A DNA stretch of 37,914 nucleotides, taken from Chiloscyllium plagiosum (taxonomy: Eukaryota). Below, piece by piece: positions 21,535 to 32,217 of this stretch. Both the position numbers and the translations under genes were made by a program. The stretch covers positions 2,605,412 through 2,643,325 of the forward strand of contig NC_057752.1 of NCBI RefSeq assembly GCF_004010195.1. The letters run 5' to 3'. The notes beneath the pieces were generated by a model, which ran no database searches, was not told where the DNA came from, and saw nothing but the letters and a program-made list of their open reading frames with translations. The stretch's first letter is position 1; each line of letters begins with the position of its first letter.

Positions 21535-22556
21535 ATGACTCTAGATAGAGGCCATTCAGTCCATGTCTGCACCTGCTCTTCAAACCAGCATCATTCCCTA
21601 ATGCCAATCTCCTGCATTTACACTGCACTCCATTTCTATCCAAATAACCATCCAATGGCTCATTTCTGATGAAGGGCTTATGCCCAAAACGTTGATTCTC
21701 CTGCTCCTCGGATGCTGCCTGATCTGCTGTACATTCCTGCACAATACTCTCGACTCTGATCTCCAGCATCTGCATCCTCACTTTCCCTTAGTTGATTTTA
21801 ACTCTAATGCAAAGCCTCTTCCAAGGATGCCTATCTTGAAGAAGTTCTCCTCCCCTCTCGACAAGGATCTCAGTGAGTCTCTTTCTCACTGCATTCCCCT
21901 GGTTATATCTGCTTTGAAGCTCTTCAGCCACGTCCTGAAACAGACTCACTACCACAGCCACATCTCCTTCCTCAGTGCCTACCTACAGAATCGACTGATC
22001 CTGCATTGACTCCGGATCACATTCAGACCAACACAATTTGGATCTGAACAGGACAACTAGTACCTACTACAAATCTGAACCCTTCAGAAACTGTTCTCCT
22101 TCTGGATCCTCCGCTCCACACTTGCAGCCATGTGTCGCCACCTAATCTTGTCATTCCTCATGAAGGGCTTATGCCCGAAACGTCAATTCTCCTGCTCCTT
22201 GGATGCTGCCTGAACTGCTATGCTTTTCCAGCACCATATTGTCGACTCTGATCTCCAGCATCTGCAGTCCTCCCTTTCTCCTAAGCATCCAATGCCCCTC
22301 TTAAATGCTTCAATTGAACCTGCATTTCCAGGCATTGTATTCCAGACCCGAAGTGCTTGCTGGGTGAGAAAGGGTTTTCCTTGCTACATATTTGCTTGTT
22401 GTGTAAAACACTTTAAAACACACACTCTGCTTCTTGATCTGTTTCCAAATGGGAACATATTCTCCCCATCCACTCTGTCCAAGCCCCTCATGATTTTGAA
22501 AACTTCTGTCAAAATCCCCTCATAGCCTTCTCCTTTCCAAGGAAAACTGTCCCAAT
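21535..22556 (-). mobile_element. CR1 3' fragment split by a Penelope-like insertion (21535-21657 and 22286-22556)
   Basis: The CR1 rc tail resumes after the insert; CATCCAATG is duplicated at 21649-21657 and 22286-22294. Confidence 0.75.
21660..22285 (+). mobile_element. Penelope-like element remnant: pLTR - ORF N-terminus - pLTR
   Basis: Direct repeats of about 130 bp (21660-21790 and 22151-22283), each with a hammerhead core carrying one substitution; the internal frame HSHISFLSAYLQNRLILH resembles the PLE N-terminal HxxFLxxCxxxxLIPxGL motif. Confidence 0.85.
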
Positions 22557-23164
22557 GTTTTACTCCAATATTTGTTTTTAAAGATGACTGCTACAGCTAA
22601 AAGGTGACTACGGATATAAATTGAGGGAATGTCTGGCAGAGTCCTGTGTAGACTCTTGGAAGTCCCACCTGTGCAGAGTCAAGGAAACTTCAAACAGAAA
22701 CACTAACAGGGATGAGATAACAAGAGGCCACATCCCTACTCCAGTAGTGAACTATCCACTGCAGACATGTTTGTGTGTTACCTTTCTAGGGATATACTTT
22801 AAAAAAAGTCTGGGTGTGTTGCTGCACTGGTATATTAGTGTGTGGACTAGTGTGCTGTGAAGGTCACAGTTTGAGATTAGCCATTAAATATCCTGCACTG
22901 CAGGTGGGGAAAAAAAATGGAAAATATTTTCTCACTCTGAAAGCTTCCCAGTCATGCATGATTGAAAGGAACCAGGACACATGAATTTCAGTCAACCTGC
23001 AAATAAGCCACCTACTCTTCATGAATTTACTCAAAGACTAATCTGTGTATCTTTTAACTTTTATTTCTTGGGGAGGGTGGGGGTACGCGTGTCATTCCTA
23101 ATCTCTATTTGTGTTATGCATTACTATTTGGAGTATCCCATTGCGTGGTCACAATTGTAACACT

Positions 23165-23397
23165 GGACTCCAAACTCTGCAATTCCCTCCCTCCATTGTG
23201 TCATCCCTCTCTACCTCACTTTCCTCCTTCAAGAAACTCCTTAAAACCAATGTCTTTGACCAAGCTTTTGGTCACCTGACCTAATATCTCCTTGGTACGG
23301 TTTGGTGTCATATTTTTAATGCTTTCTGAGGCTCCTATGAAATATTTTAGGATTTTTCATGATCTTGAAGGCACCATGCAAATTGAAGCTGCTGTTC
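23165..23397 (+). mobile_element. L2-like LINE 3' end
   Basis: aattccctccct...ttcctccttcaagaaactccttaaaacc..tctttgaccaagcttttggtcacctg. Confidence 0.6.
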
Positions 23398-24029
23398 CAA
23401 CGACTGGCTGCCAGGTAGCTCTGCTAGGTGACCAGGATCCAGGAACGAAAAGGAACTTTTAGCATTTTGATTGGGTAATGTTAACAATTGGATCACACAA
23501 TGCTAAGAAAAGTCCCTTTAAAGCTCAGTGCTAGTTGTGTGAATGGGAGCTCGTACTCTGGTGTGAATTCACAACCTTGTGGGAGGTGTTTAAGATCACC
23601 GATCAAAAGCAGAAATACCTAGAAATACACAGATGCGTCATTATTTGAAAAGGAGAAAAGGTTAACCTGTTCTTTCCAGATATTGATGCATTACTGTTGT
23701 TCTTTTGCAGCACTGTTTTATTTTAGCCTTGTATTTTACTGTAAGAAAACTGATGGGGAATAGAAATAGGAAACTGGGAATGTTTGACAGCTAAATGTTG
23801 GGAATAGTCGAGAGTCAGATCTCCGTTTCCTTGGAGAGGGTGGGAGTGAGGTCCCTGTGGCTTTGTTGCCACAGACACAAACACAGACTCTTATCATCTT
23901 ATCTTACCTCCCTGTGCCCAGCTCATCTCCCTTAGAAACAGTTCTATATTTGTCTCTCTCTTAATTCACCCAGCAGCATAGTTGTTCACTTTGCGAGTTT
24001 GGGTTGTGTGTATGTGGCTGCTTTTGCAC

Positions 24030-24244
24030 CTTCACACACATCATTTACTGCATCCGCTGCACCTGATGTGGCCTCCTCGATATTGGGGAGACAGGCCGCC
24101 TACTTGCGGAACGTTTCAGAGAACACCTCTGGGACACGCGGACCAACCAACCCAACCACCCCGTGGCTCAACACTTCAACTCCCCCTCCCACTCCACCAA
24201 GGACATGCAGGTCCTTGGACTTCTCCATCGCCAGACCATAGCAA
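24030..24244 (+). mobile_element. Penelope-like GIY-YIG endonuclease remnant
   Basis: Manual translation HIIYCIRCT*CGLLDIGETGRLLAERFREHLWDTRTNQPNHPVAQHFNSPSH: IYCI-C-x2-C...(Y>D)IGETGR..R..EH, with a stop; absent from the ORF track. Confidence 0.88.
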
Positions 24245-24386
24245 GTCCCTCCTCCCTACCTTTTATCTTAGCCTGCATGGCACACTCTCCTCATTCCTGA
24301 AGAAGGGCTCATGCCCGAAACGTCGATTCTCCTCCTTGGATGCTGCCTGACCTGCTGCGCTTTTCCAGCAACACATTTTCAGCTCT
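24245..24386 (+). mobile_element. Penelope-like pLTR with intact hammerhead core (24297-24324)
   Basis: attcCTGAAGAAGGGCtcatGCCCGAAACGTCgatt; near-identical to the rc of 28615-28756. Confidence 0.88.
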
Positions 24387-25308
24387 GCTTTTCTACACTC
24401 AACCCCCACCCTCAACCCCTCGCTGCTCCCTTCCCAACCCTCAGTCACAGACTCCTAACAAAATGTTCCCTGTCGGCATCCAAATAAAAGGACTGACGTG
24501 AAGGCCTGTAAAATGTCAGCTATAAACTTGGACATACGTCTGTTGATTTCACTGAAGTCAACTGATGTCTCTCCAAGTGCATAGTTGACACTTTACAGAC
24601 CCCCACCTCCCCCAGTTACAGGCAATCTATCGCGCAAGGAGAACGTGGTGCCTTTTTCACGCATTTAACCTGCTGTTGAAAGGGATAAAGGATGCGGTTT
24701 GCAAGCGCAGATAGCTTTGTACGTTTGCTTCCCAAATCCACCCACTGGCTTACATCACCGCACATTTGGAAGTATTTAGCCAAAGCTGAGTTGCCAATGT
24801 TTTGACAGAAACTGAAACCGTCACGTTGCATTGAGAGGGGAGTCAAAAGTGTGGTCAATCCTATCAGCAACAGAGAGACTTTGTGCCACTGTTGAGGTGA
24901 GGAAGTGAAACGAGTACCTGGGGTAGGGCTAAATGTTTCCACCATCACCCCTCCCTGGGCAGAGGTCATATTGGGGGGTCATCATGGCAGTGTGCCCCTG
25001 CCCAGTCAACTGGTAAGCAAACGTGGCTCAAGTGACTCTTGAGTGTCGGTCTTTCCTTTGTCCCGTGGCCAACTCATTTTTGAATAACTGCTATAAAAAT
25101 GTAGAAAGCTTTTTTTTTATAATTTCATACCTCAAGTCATTTTATGGTTTCCTCACAGCGTGTCTAGGTTATTTAATCCAACATCTCGTGAGACATGGTT
25201 GATGACTTCAGCCATTTTTTTTGCAGCGCCATGCAAACATGTCTCCAAGCGATGGGTTTCATTCCAATTTCTCTCAAACCATCTCCCCAAGGTTTGGAGA
25301 ATGACCAG

Positions 25309-25543
25309 TGAAATAACTCCACAGAGGCTCGTATCCTATCACCAAGTCCCCCTTTATTTACACATGGAGAGTCCTTGACACTGATCAAGCTCCCTCAGAG
25401 CCAGCTCTCAGAGTGAACAGAACCTCTGACCCTTCTGTTTATACCTGTCAGCCAGGGCTCCCTGATTTGACAAGATTAACAGCCCAATCAGGGAACTCAG
25501 ATTCTTTGAGGTCCACCTGACTGACCTCATTCCAATTATGACA
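25309..25543 (-). mobile_element. Probable solo LTR (Gypsy-like)
   Basis: TG...CA ends with imperfect IR (TGAAATAA / TTATGACA); on the minus strand CCAAT-like dyad, TATAAA and AATAAA occur in LTR order; no clean TSD. Confidence 0.6.
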
Positions 25544-25574
25544 TCCGTAGCCTGCTGTGGTAAAGCCATTGCCA

Positions 25575-25860
25575 TGGTAAAGAGCACTTTGTTTCAGATT
25601 TAACAGAAACTTGTCATTTGTGTTGACACTGTTGCTACGTGTAACCTCCAGATGTCCCTTTTAAATCATAGTCTACGGGAATCATGGCAGCCAGTCTCTG
25701 TGCAGCAAGGCCCCAGTGAGCTAGCGACTAGATCGTCTGTTATTTCGAGGTTGATATGAAGGATAAATATTGGTGAAAGCAAAAGGGCTTTTGTTTTATC
25801 ATCTTATTTGAATGTAGCACCTCTGACAAGGCAGCACTCTCTCAAGACAGCGTTGAAGTA
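25575..25860 (-). mobile_element. Deu-domain SINE-like remnant
   Basis: aacagaaacttg.cattt...tgcagcaagg...gaaggataaatattgg...gcacctctgacaaggcagcactctctcaag. Confidence 0.5.
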
Positions 25861-26915
25861 GACTTCCATGTCATCTCTCCAGCTGGTTCACTAAACCAAC
25901 CTTTTTGGGGAACCAGGAGGTCCAAATGAGATACTCCTCCTCGATGTACAGTCTCAGCTTGCCACCTCTCGGGCCCCCATTTGCCTTGTTTCCCTCACTG
26001 ACCTCTCCCCATCCCTGGGTGCACACCACAAATGTACCCAATAGCCAAACTGACATTGCACTTGGCCAAATTTCTCAAGACCCCAACTGATGTGCAGGGC
26101 TAGGCATCACCGATTGTCAGCTTTATAGAAATGAAGCCTGAGGCCTAACTTCTGGTGAGCCTTCTCTGACCGCTTCAGACGGTCCCCATATTCCTAACCC
26201 CACCAGATATTCCTAGTAGTAGTAAGATTCAAATTGCCTGCAGACTATGAAGTCAGCTGGGTCTTATGGCCTTAAAGGGACAGTTTACATGTGAGCAATG
26301 GCACTCCTGTGTCTGTCCATGTCAAAACAGCATATTGTCAGATTTCCTGAGCACACATCCACAGGAGATCTACTCATTTACAAGGCAAAACAAAACTTCA
26401 GACTCTATGTGGGACAGATCTAAGAGCAACTGGTCTTTTGAAAGTTTTATCCTTTTTCACATTCCAGTTTTAATCTTGTTTGGCCCATGGGAGGGGGATG
26501 TCATCTGTGGAATGTGACTGGTGAGGGCTGAGTAACTGAGATGGTAATTTTAGAAGGAAATATTGGCACCTCCGAGAAGCATATCTGTTGCTCGAGGGGA
26601 ATTTTTAATGTGCGATTCACTTTTTTTCAGTAGACTAACTTGAGGCGAGTATGAAGGCCCACACTATTCTGTCATTTCCCACGTTCTTTTGAGGAACAAA
26701 TAGTATTACATTGAATATTTCTCAAATTCTAATTAGGCCACAACTGGAGTGAAGGATTTTCTCTCCGAGGGGAGAGGGGGGCGGGTGTAGAAGCTGGGAT
26801 TGTTGGAGTGAAGGAGATTGATCAAGGTGTACAAGATTATGAGAAGGTTAAACAAAGCTGTTCTCTTTGGCTGACAAGACAACGACTAGGGGGTCAAGGA
26901 TTTCTGATTTTGGGT

Positions 26916-27170
26916 TGAAACTTTATTGCTGGAACAGCACAGCAGGTCAGGCAGCATCCAGGGAACAGGAGATTCGACGTTTCGGGCACAGGCCCTTCTT
27001 CAGGAATCCTGAAGAAGGGCCTGTGCCCGAAACGTCGAATCATTCCTGAAGAAGGGCCTGTGCCCGAAACGTCGAATCTCCTGTTCCCTGGATGCTGCCT
27101 GACCTGCTGTGCTGTTCCAGCAATAAAGTTTCAACTTTGATCTCCAGCATCTGCAGACCTCACTTTCTCC
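26916..27170. mobile_element. Young Penelope-like fold-back pLTR insertion with three hammerhead cores
   Basis: Perfect 94-bp IR (26914-27007 / 27042-27135); 15-bp TSD TTTCTGATTTTGGGT (26901-26915, 27171-27185). Confidence 0.92.
27042..27077 (+). ncRNA. Minimal type I hammerhead ribozyme motif
   Basis: AUUC-CUGAAGA-A-GGGC(CUGU)GCCC-GAAAC-GUC-GAAU: stem I AUUC/GAAU, stem II 4 bp, palindromic ACGU stem III. Confidence 0.8.
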
Positions 27171-28299
27171 TTTCTGATTTTGGGTGCAAGGTGAGCTGAG
27201 GGCTGGAATGTGAAGGAGAACTATTTTACTGAGTATATCCTGGAACCTGCTGTCTGGAAAATCAATGGAGAATGATTTCCAAAACAAATTTGGCAGGCAT
27301 CTGAGGGGAAGAAATGAACTACAATACAGGAATAGAGCCAGGAATGCGACTGACTGGGTGACTCGAGTGAGGTGCTGACTGAACTCCTTCTGTACTGTGC
27401 AGACCTATGATGAGAGTAAAGGTACCTTTCTTGGAGGAGAGAGTTCTTTATCAGCCTGTTGGGGCAAGCCTCTGTTGCTCATTCCTCTCCATGTGCTTGC
27501 TTGGGATTCTTTCTCTCCTTCCTTACCCTACCCTCGCACCAGTTGGGGAACTTTGTAATTCTGGACATTTCGAGGAAACCTCTTCACATTTAAAGGTGGA
27601 GGTGGGGAGTGTGTCAGATGAGCCAAGCTATTCTGGAATATTTCCTGATATAAATCCAGAACTTCCCTCAAAAAGTTGTCAAGGCCTGGGGTTAGCTGTA
27701 AATCTGAAGACCAAGATTGGTGAGATTTTTGATCGTCGAGGATATTTCAGAGGGATGAGAGAATTGAGATGCGGATTTGAAGTGGAAAACTGGAAGAAAC
27801 TCGATGGGCCTGGACGGCCTTCCCATGTTCACTAGTCTTTCAAATTCAAACCGCCTTTCCACAGAAACACAGCCCAGTTCGCAATCGTTTGAAAATCTTT
27901 GATGAAATCACCTCCAAGTCAATGCTTTTGTCGAGGAAGATGTCTCAATTTCCCTGGTCTGTTGTAGGCAGCACTAAAGGTGACATGAGGAAAAACTTGC
28001 TGTTTCACATAGAGAGGCTGGGGTCGGGATTGTGCTGCTGAAAGAGTGTGCGAGAAGCAGTTTAAATTCTTAGAAGAGAACTGGTAACTTCTCTGAATTG
28101 AAAAGGTTTGCAGAACTATGGGGAATAGGTGGAGGCATACAGAGTGGTGTGTTGCTCTTGTAGAGAAAGCCAGGACAGACACAAGGGTTATCGTGAGCAG
28201 GACGGATCAAATGGGGCCAATTGCCAACCAATCGGTCTACCCTGAATCATCAGTGTGGTGATAGAGGTGTCATCAATAGCGCTAACAAGCACGGTTCTA

Positions 28300-28614
28300 G
28301 TCGCCCTGCTATAGAAAGGATATTGTTAAATTGGAAAGGATGCAAAAATGATTTACCAGGATATTGCCAAGACTGGAGGGTTTGAGCGATAAGGATAGGC
28401 TAGGACTTTATTCACGGAAGTGTCGGAGGTTGAGGGATGACCTATAGAAGTTTATAAAATGATGAGGTGCATAGATAAGGTAAATGACAAGTGTCTTTTT
28501 CTGAGGGTGGGGCATTCAAAACTGGGGAGTGTACTTTTAAGGTGAGAGGAGAAAGATTTAAAAGGGACCTGATGGGCAACTTTTTCACAGAGGGTGGTTT
28601 GTATGTGGAATGAA
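28300..28614 (+). mobile_element. CR1-like LINE 3' fragment truncated by a pLTR
   Basis: ttgagggatgacctatagaagtttataaaatgatgagg...aactttttcacagagggtgg...tggaatgaactg. Confidence 0.85.
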
Positions 28615-28773
28615 CTGAAAATATGTTGCTGGAAAAGCGCAGCAGGTCAGGCAGCATCCAAGGAGCAGGAGAATCGACGTTTCGGGCGTGAGCCCTTCTT
28701 CAGGAATGAGGAAAGTGTACCAAGCAGGCTAAGATAAAAGGTAGGGAGGAGGGACTTGGGGGAGGGGCGTTGG
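28615..28773 (-). mobile_element. Penelope-like pLTR with intact hammerhead (28676-28703), running into the gap
   Basis: rc CTGAAGAAGGGCtcacGCCCGAAACGTC. Confidence 0.88.
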
Positions 28774-29292
28774 NNNNNNNNNNNNNNNNNNNNNNNNNNN
28801 NNNNNNNNNNNNNNNNNNNNNNNNNNNNNNNNNNNNNNNNNNNNNNNNNNNNNNNNNNNNNNNNNNNNNNNNNNNNNNNNNNNNNNNNNNNNNNNNNNNN
28901 NNNNNNNNNNNNNNNNNNNNNNNNNNNNNNNNNNNNNNNNNNNNNNNNNNNNNNNNNNNNNNNNNNNNNNNNNNNNNNNNNNNNNNNNNNNNNNNNNNNN
29001 NNNNNNNNNNNNNNNNNNNNNNNNNNNNNNNNNNNNNNNNNNNNNNNNNNNNNNNNNNNNNNNNNNNNNNNNNNNNNNNNNNNNNNNNNNNNNNNNNNNN
29101 NNNNNNNNNNNNNNNNNNNNNNNNNNNNNNNNNNNNNNNNNNNNNNNNNNNNNNNNNNNNNNNNNNNNNNNNNNNNNNNNNNNNNNNNNNNNNNNNNNNN
29201 NNNNNNNNNNNNNNNNNNNNNNNNNNNNNNNNNNNNNNNNNNNNNNNNNNNNNNNNNNNNNNNNNNNNNNNNNNNNNNNNNNNNNNNNNNNN
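28774..29292. other. Assembly gap
   Basis: N run. Confidence 1.
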
Positions 29293-29692
29293 TTTAGAAG
29301 ATTAAGGGGAAATCTAATAGAAACTTACAAGAAAACTACATGGCTTGGAGAGGGTGGATGCTAGGAAATTGTTTCCGTTAGGCGAGGAGACTAGGACCCG
29401 TGGACACAGCCTTAAAATTAAAGAGGTTAATTCAGAACAGAAATGCGGAGACATTTCTTCAGCCAGAGAGTGGTGGGCCTGTGGAATTCATTGCCACAGA
29501 GTGCAGTGGAGGCTGGGACGCTAAATGTCTTCAAGGCAGAAATTGATAAATTCTTGATGTCACAAGGAATTAAGGGCTACGGGGAGAATGCGGGTAAGTG
29601 GAGTTGAAATGCCCATCAGCCATGATTGAATGGCGGAGTGGACTCGATGGGCCGAATGGTCTTACTTCCGCTCCTATGTCTTATGGTCTTAT
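29293..29692 (+). mobile_element. CR1-like LINE 3' end
   Basis: FRRLRGNLIETYK...; tail gctcctatgtcttatggtctta. Confidence 0.9.
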
Positions 29693-29854
29693 AGCCCTTG
29701 AGTCTGTTTAGCCACACATTCAACTCATGTCTGATGTGGATTGAACATCACCAGCTCTGTCCAGGGTCATTTCAACTCGGCCCTCTTAATAATTTTCTAG
29801 CAACGAAAGTTAAGCAAATGGACAGAGAATCTCGCAGGTTCAATTTCTTGCCTG

Positions 29855-29987
29855 TTATTCTATCGCACTCCTGACTTGTACCTTGTAGATGGTGAACAGG
29901 CTTTGGGGAGTCAGGAAGAGAGTTATTTGCTGCAGATCTCTAGCCTCTAACCTGTTCTTGTAGTAACTGTGTTTGCATGATGAGTCC
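29855..29987 (-). mobile_element. L2-like LINE RT C-terminal remnant, probably continuing at 30785-31125 and near 32100
   Basis: LTPQSLFTIYKVQVRSAIE resembles the LINE IYKxxVRxxxEY motif. Confidence 0.6.
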
Positions 29988-30783
29988 AAAGAACAAACAA
30001 AATTTACAGCCCAGGAACAGGCCCTTTGGCCCTCCAAGCCTGAGCGATCCAAATGTACTGTCTAAACCTGTCGGTCAATTCCTAAGCACCTGTATCCCTC
30101 TGCTCTCCACCTACTCATGCATCTGTCCAGACGCATCTTAAATGAATCTACCGTGCCTGCCTTTACCACCTCTGCTGGCAATGCGTTCCAAACGCCCACC
30201 ACCCTCTGTGTGAAGTACTTGCCGCCTGTATCCCCCTTAAAATTTCCACCTCTCACCTTGAAAGCGTGACCTCTCGTAATTGAATCCTTCACCCTGGGCA
30301 AAAGCTTGTCTCTATCCACCTTGTCTATACTCTTCATGATTTTGTAAACCTCAATCAGGTTCCCCCCTCAATCTCCATTTTTCTAATGAAAATAAACCTA
30401 ACCTACTCAATCTCTCTTCAAAGCTAGCACCTTCCATACCAGGCAACATCCTTGTAAACCTTCTCTGCACCCTCTCCAAAGCGTCCACATCCTTTTGGTA
30501 ATGTGGTGTCCAGAACTGTACACAGTATTTTTAAAGCGGCCGAGCCAATGTCTTGTACAATTTTAACATGACTTGCCAGCTCTTATACTCAATACCCCAT
30601 CCAATGAAGGCAAGCATACTATATGCCTTCTTGACCACTCTATCCATCTGTGCAGCAAACTTCAGGGTACAATGGACCTGCACTCCCAGATCTTTCTGCC
30701 CATCAACTTTTCCCAAGGCTCTTCCGTTCATTGTATAATTTGCTCTAGAATTAGTCTTGCCTAAATTCATCACCTCACATTTG
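29988..30783 (-). mobile_element. CR1-like LINE 3' fragment
   Basis: KCEVMNLGKTN...KDLGVQVH...KKAYSMLAFI...LYKTLARP and FTQRVVGVWNALP. Confidence 0.93.
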
Positions 30784-31127
30784 TTGAGTTTCTCGTCAGT
30801 GGTATCTCCCAGGATATTGATGGAGTTCCAACAGATTGATAGTACAGCAGTTGGCTCAAATACAGGAACTAGGAGCAAGTCAGTTTCTAGTTAATGGTAA
30901 CCTCCAGGCTACATTTTCCCTCACTTTTTCTTGTGCTGACATCCATTTGCAGAAGTGAATGGGTCAGCATGGCAATCAGCATGTGTGGGATCACTGAGTG
31001 GCTGTGTGGTAGCAGATTAGAAGGAATGTTCCCTTTGGACGTTGACAGTGATGGTAACACCGTTGAACATCAAGGGGCAATAGTTTGATTGTCTTGTTGG
31101 AGAGGTGTTGGCCTGCTGGTGTTATCA

Positions 31128-31430
31128 CAGAATCCATACAGTGTGGAAGCAGGCCATTCAGCCCATCGAGTGCATACTGATTGTCCAAAGAGTGTCCCAC
31201 CCAGACTCTCCCTCTTACATTTTCCCTAAAACCCTGCATTTTCCATTGCTAATCCACCTGGCCTGCACATCTTTGGACTGTGGGAGGAAACTGGAGAAAT
31301 CAGAGGAAACTCATTCTGACACGGGGAGAATGTGCAAACCCCACACAGACAGTCGCCTGAGGCTGAAATCAAACTCGGGTCATTGGTTCTATGAGGCAGC
31401 AGTGCTAACCACTAAGCCACTCTGTCACCC
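31128..31430 (-). mobile_element. HE1-like V-SINE
   Basis: rc copy with head tgaggcagcagtgctaaccactaagccac. Confidence 0.88.
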
Positions 31431-31432
31431 CA

Positions 31433-32095
31433 AATTATTGCTAGACTATTAATCCAGAGACCCAGATAATGTTTTGGGGACCTGGACTCTAATCTCGCCA
31501 TGGCAGATGGTAAAGTTTAAATTCAATAAAAAATCTGGAATTTGGGACGGCACGGTGGCTCAGTGGTTACCACTGCTGCCTCACAGCACCAGGGACCCGG
31601 GTTCGATTCCAGCCTCGGGCAGCTGTCTGTGTGGAGTTTGCACGTTCACCCCATGTCTGCGTGGGTTTCCTCCAGTACTCTGGTTTCTTCCCACAATCCA
31701 AAAGATGTGCACATCAGGTTAATTGGCCGTGTTAAATTGTCCGTAGTGTTAGGTGCATTAGGCAGGGGTAAATATAGGTTTGGGGTGGGTTAGTCTTCAG
31801 AGGGTCGGTGTGGACTTGTTGGGCTGAGGGGCCTGTTTCCATACTGTAGGGAATCTAATCTAAAAAGAGTCTAATGATGACTATGAATCATTGCCGATTG
31901 TCAGGAAAGACCCATCTGATTCACTATAATGTCCTTTAGGGAAGGACATGTTTGTGCTTACCTGGTCTGGCCTACGTGTGACTCCAGACCCATAGCAATG
32001 TGGCTGACTCTCCACTGCCCTCTGGGCAATTAGGGATGGACAATAAATGCTGGCCCAGCCTGAGGTATCCACAGCCCATAAGTGACTATGAAAAA
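31433..32095 (+). mobile_element. Family A tRNA-SINE split by HE1 (31433-31543 and 31866-32095)
   Basis: aaatctggaatt | aagagtctaatgatgac continuity across the insert. Confidence 0.82.
31545..31863 (+). mobile_element. HE1-like V-SINE, full length
   Basis: A box TGGCTCAGTGG, B box GGTTCGATTCC, V-domain-like core, CR1-like tail ending aatctaatcta. Confidence 0.92.
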
Positions 32096-32217
32096 ATATG
32101 GTCATTGCCTGGCATTTGTGTTTGCCCTGTAATGCCTTTTAACAGCATTATAGGGACATTTATCTCAGAGTCCTAACACAACTGAATATAAATTATAATG
32201 ATAATCAATTAAAGAGA

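Larger units (their letters stand above)
26740..27400 (+). mobile_element. Degenerate CR1 3' fragment hosting the fold-back insertion
   Basis: ggagattgatcaaggtgtacaagattatgagaagg...actagggggtca...tggaacctgctg. Confidence 0.6.

Noticed and set aside
23600..23728. Weak palindrome resembling an ancient pLTR fold-back
   Set aside because: Too degenerate to define arms or a ribozyme core by eye.
27009..27077. CRISPR-like direct repeat with 37-nt period
   Set aside because: Only two units, no spacer, eukaryotic context; explained as duplicated hammerhead cores.
27407..27835. 142-aa plus ORF
   Set aside because: The 3' half is a decayed CR1 tail (aagaccaagattggtgagatttttg...ctcgatgggcc); no domain.
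31545..31620. tRNA gene
   Set aside because: A and B boxes are present but continue into the SINE body; this is a SINE head, not a tRNA.
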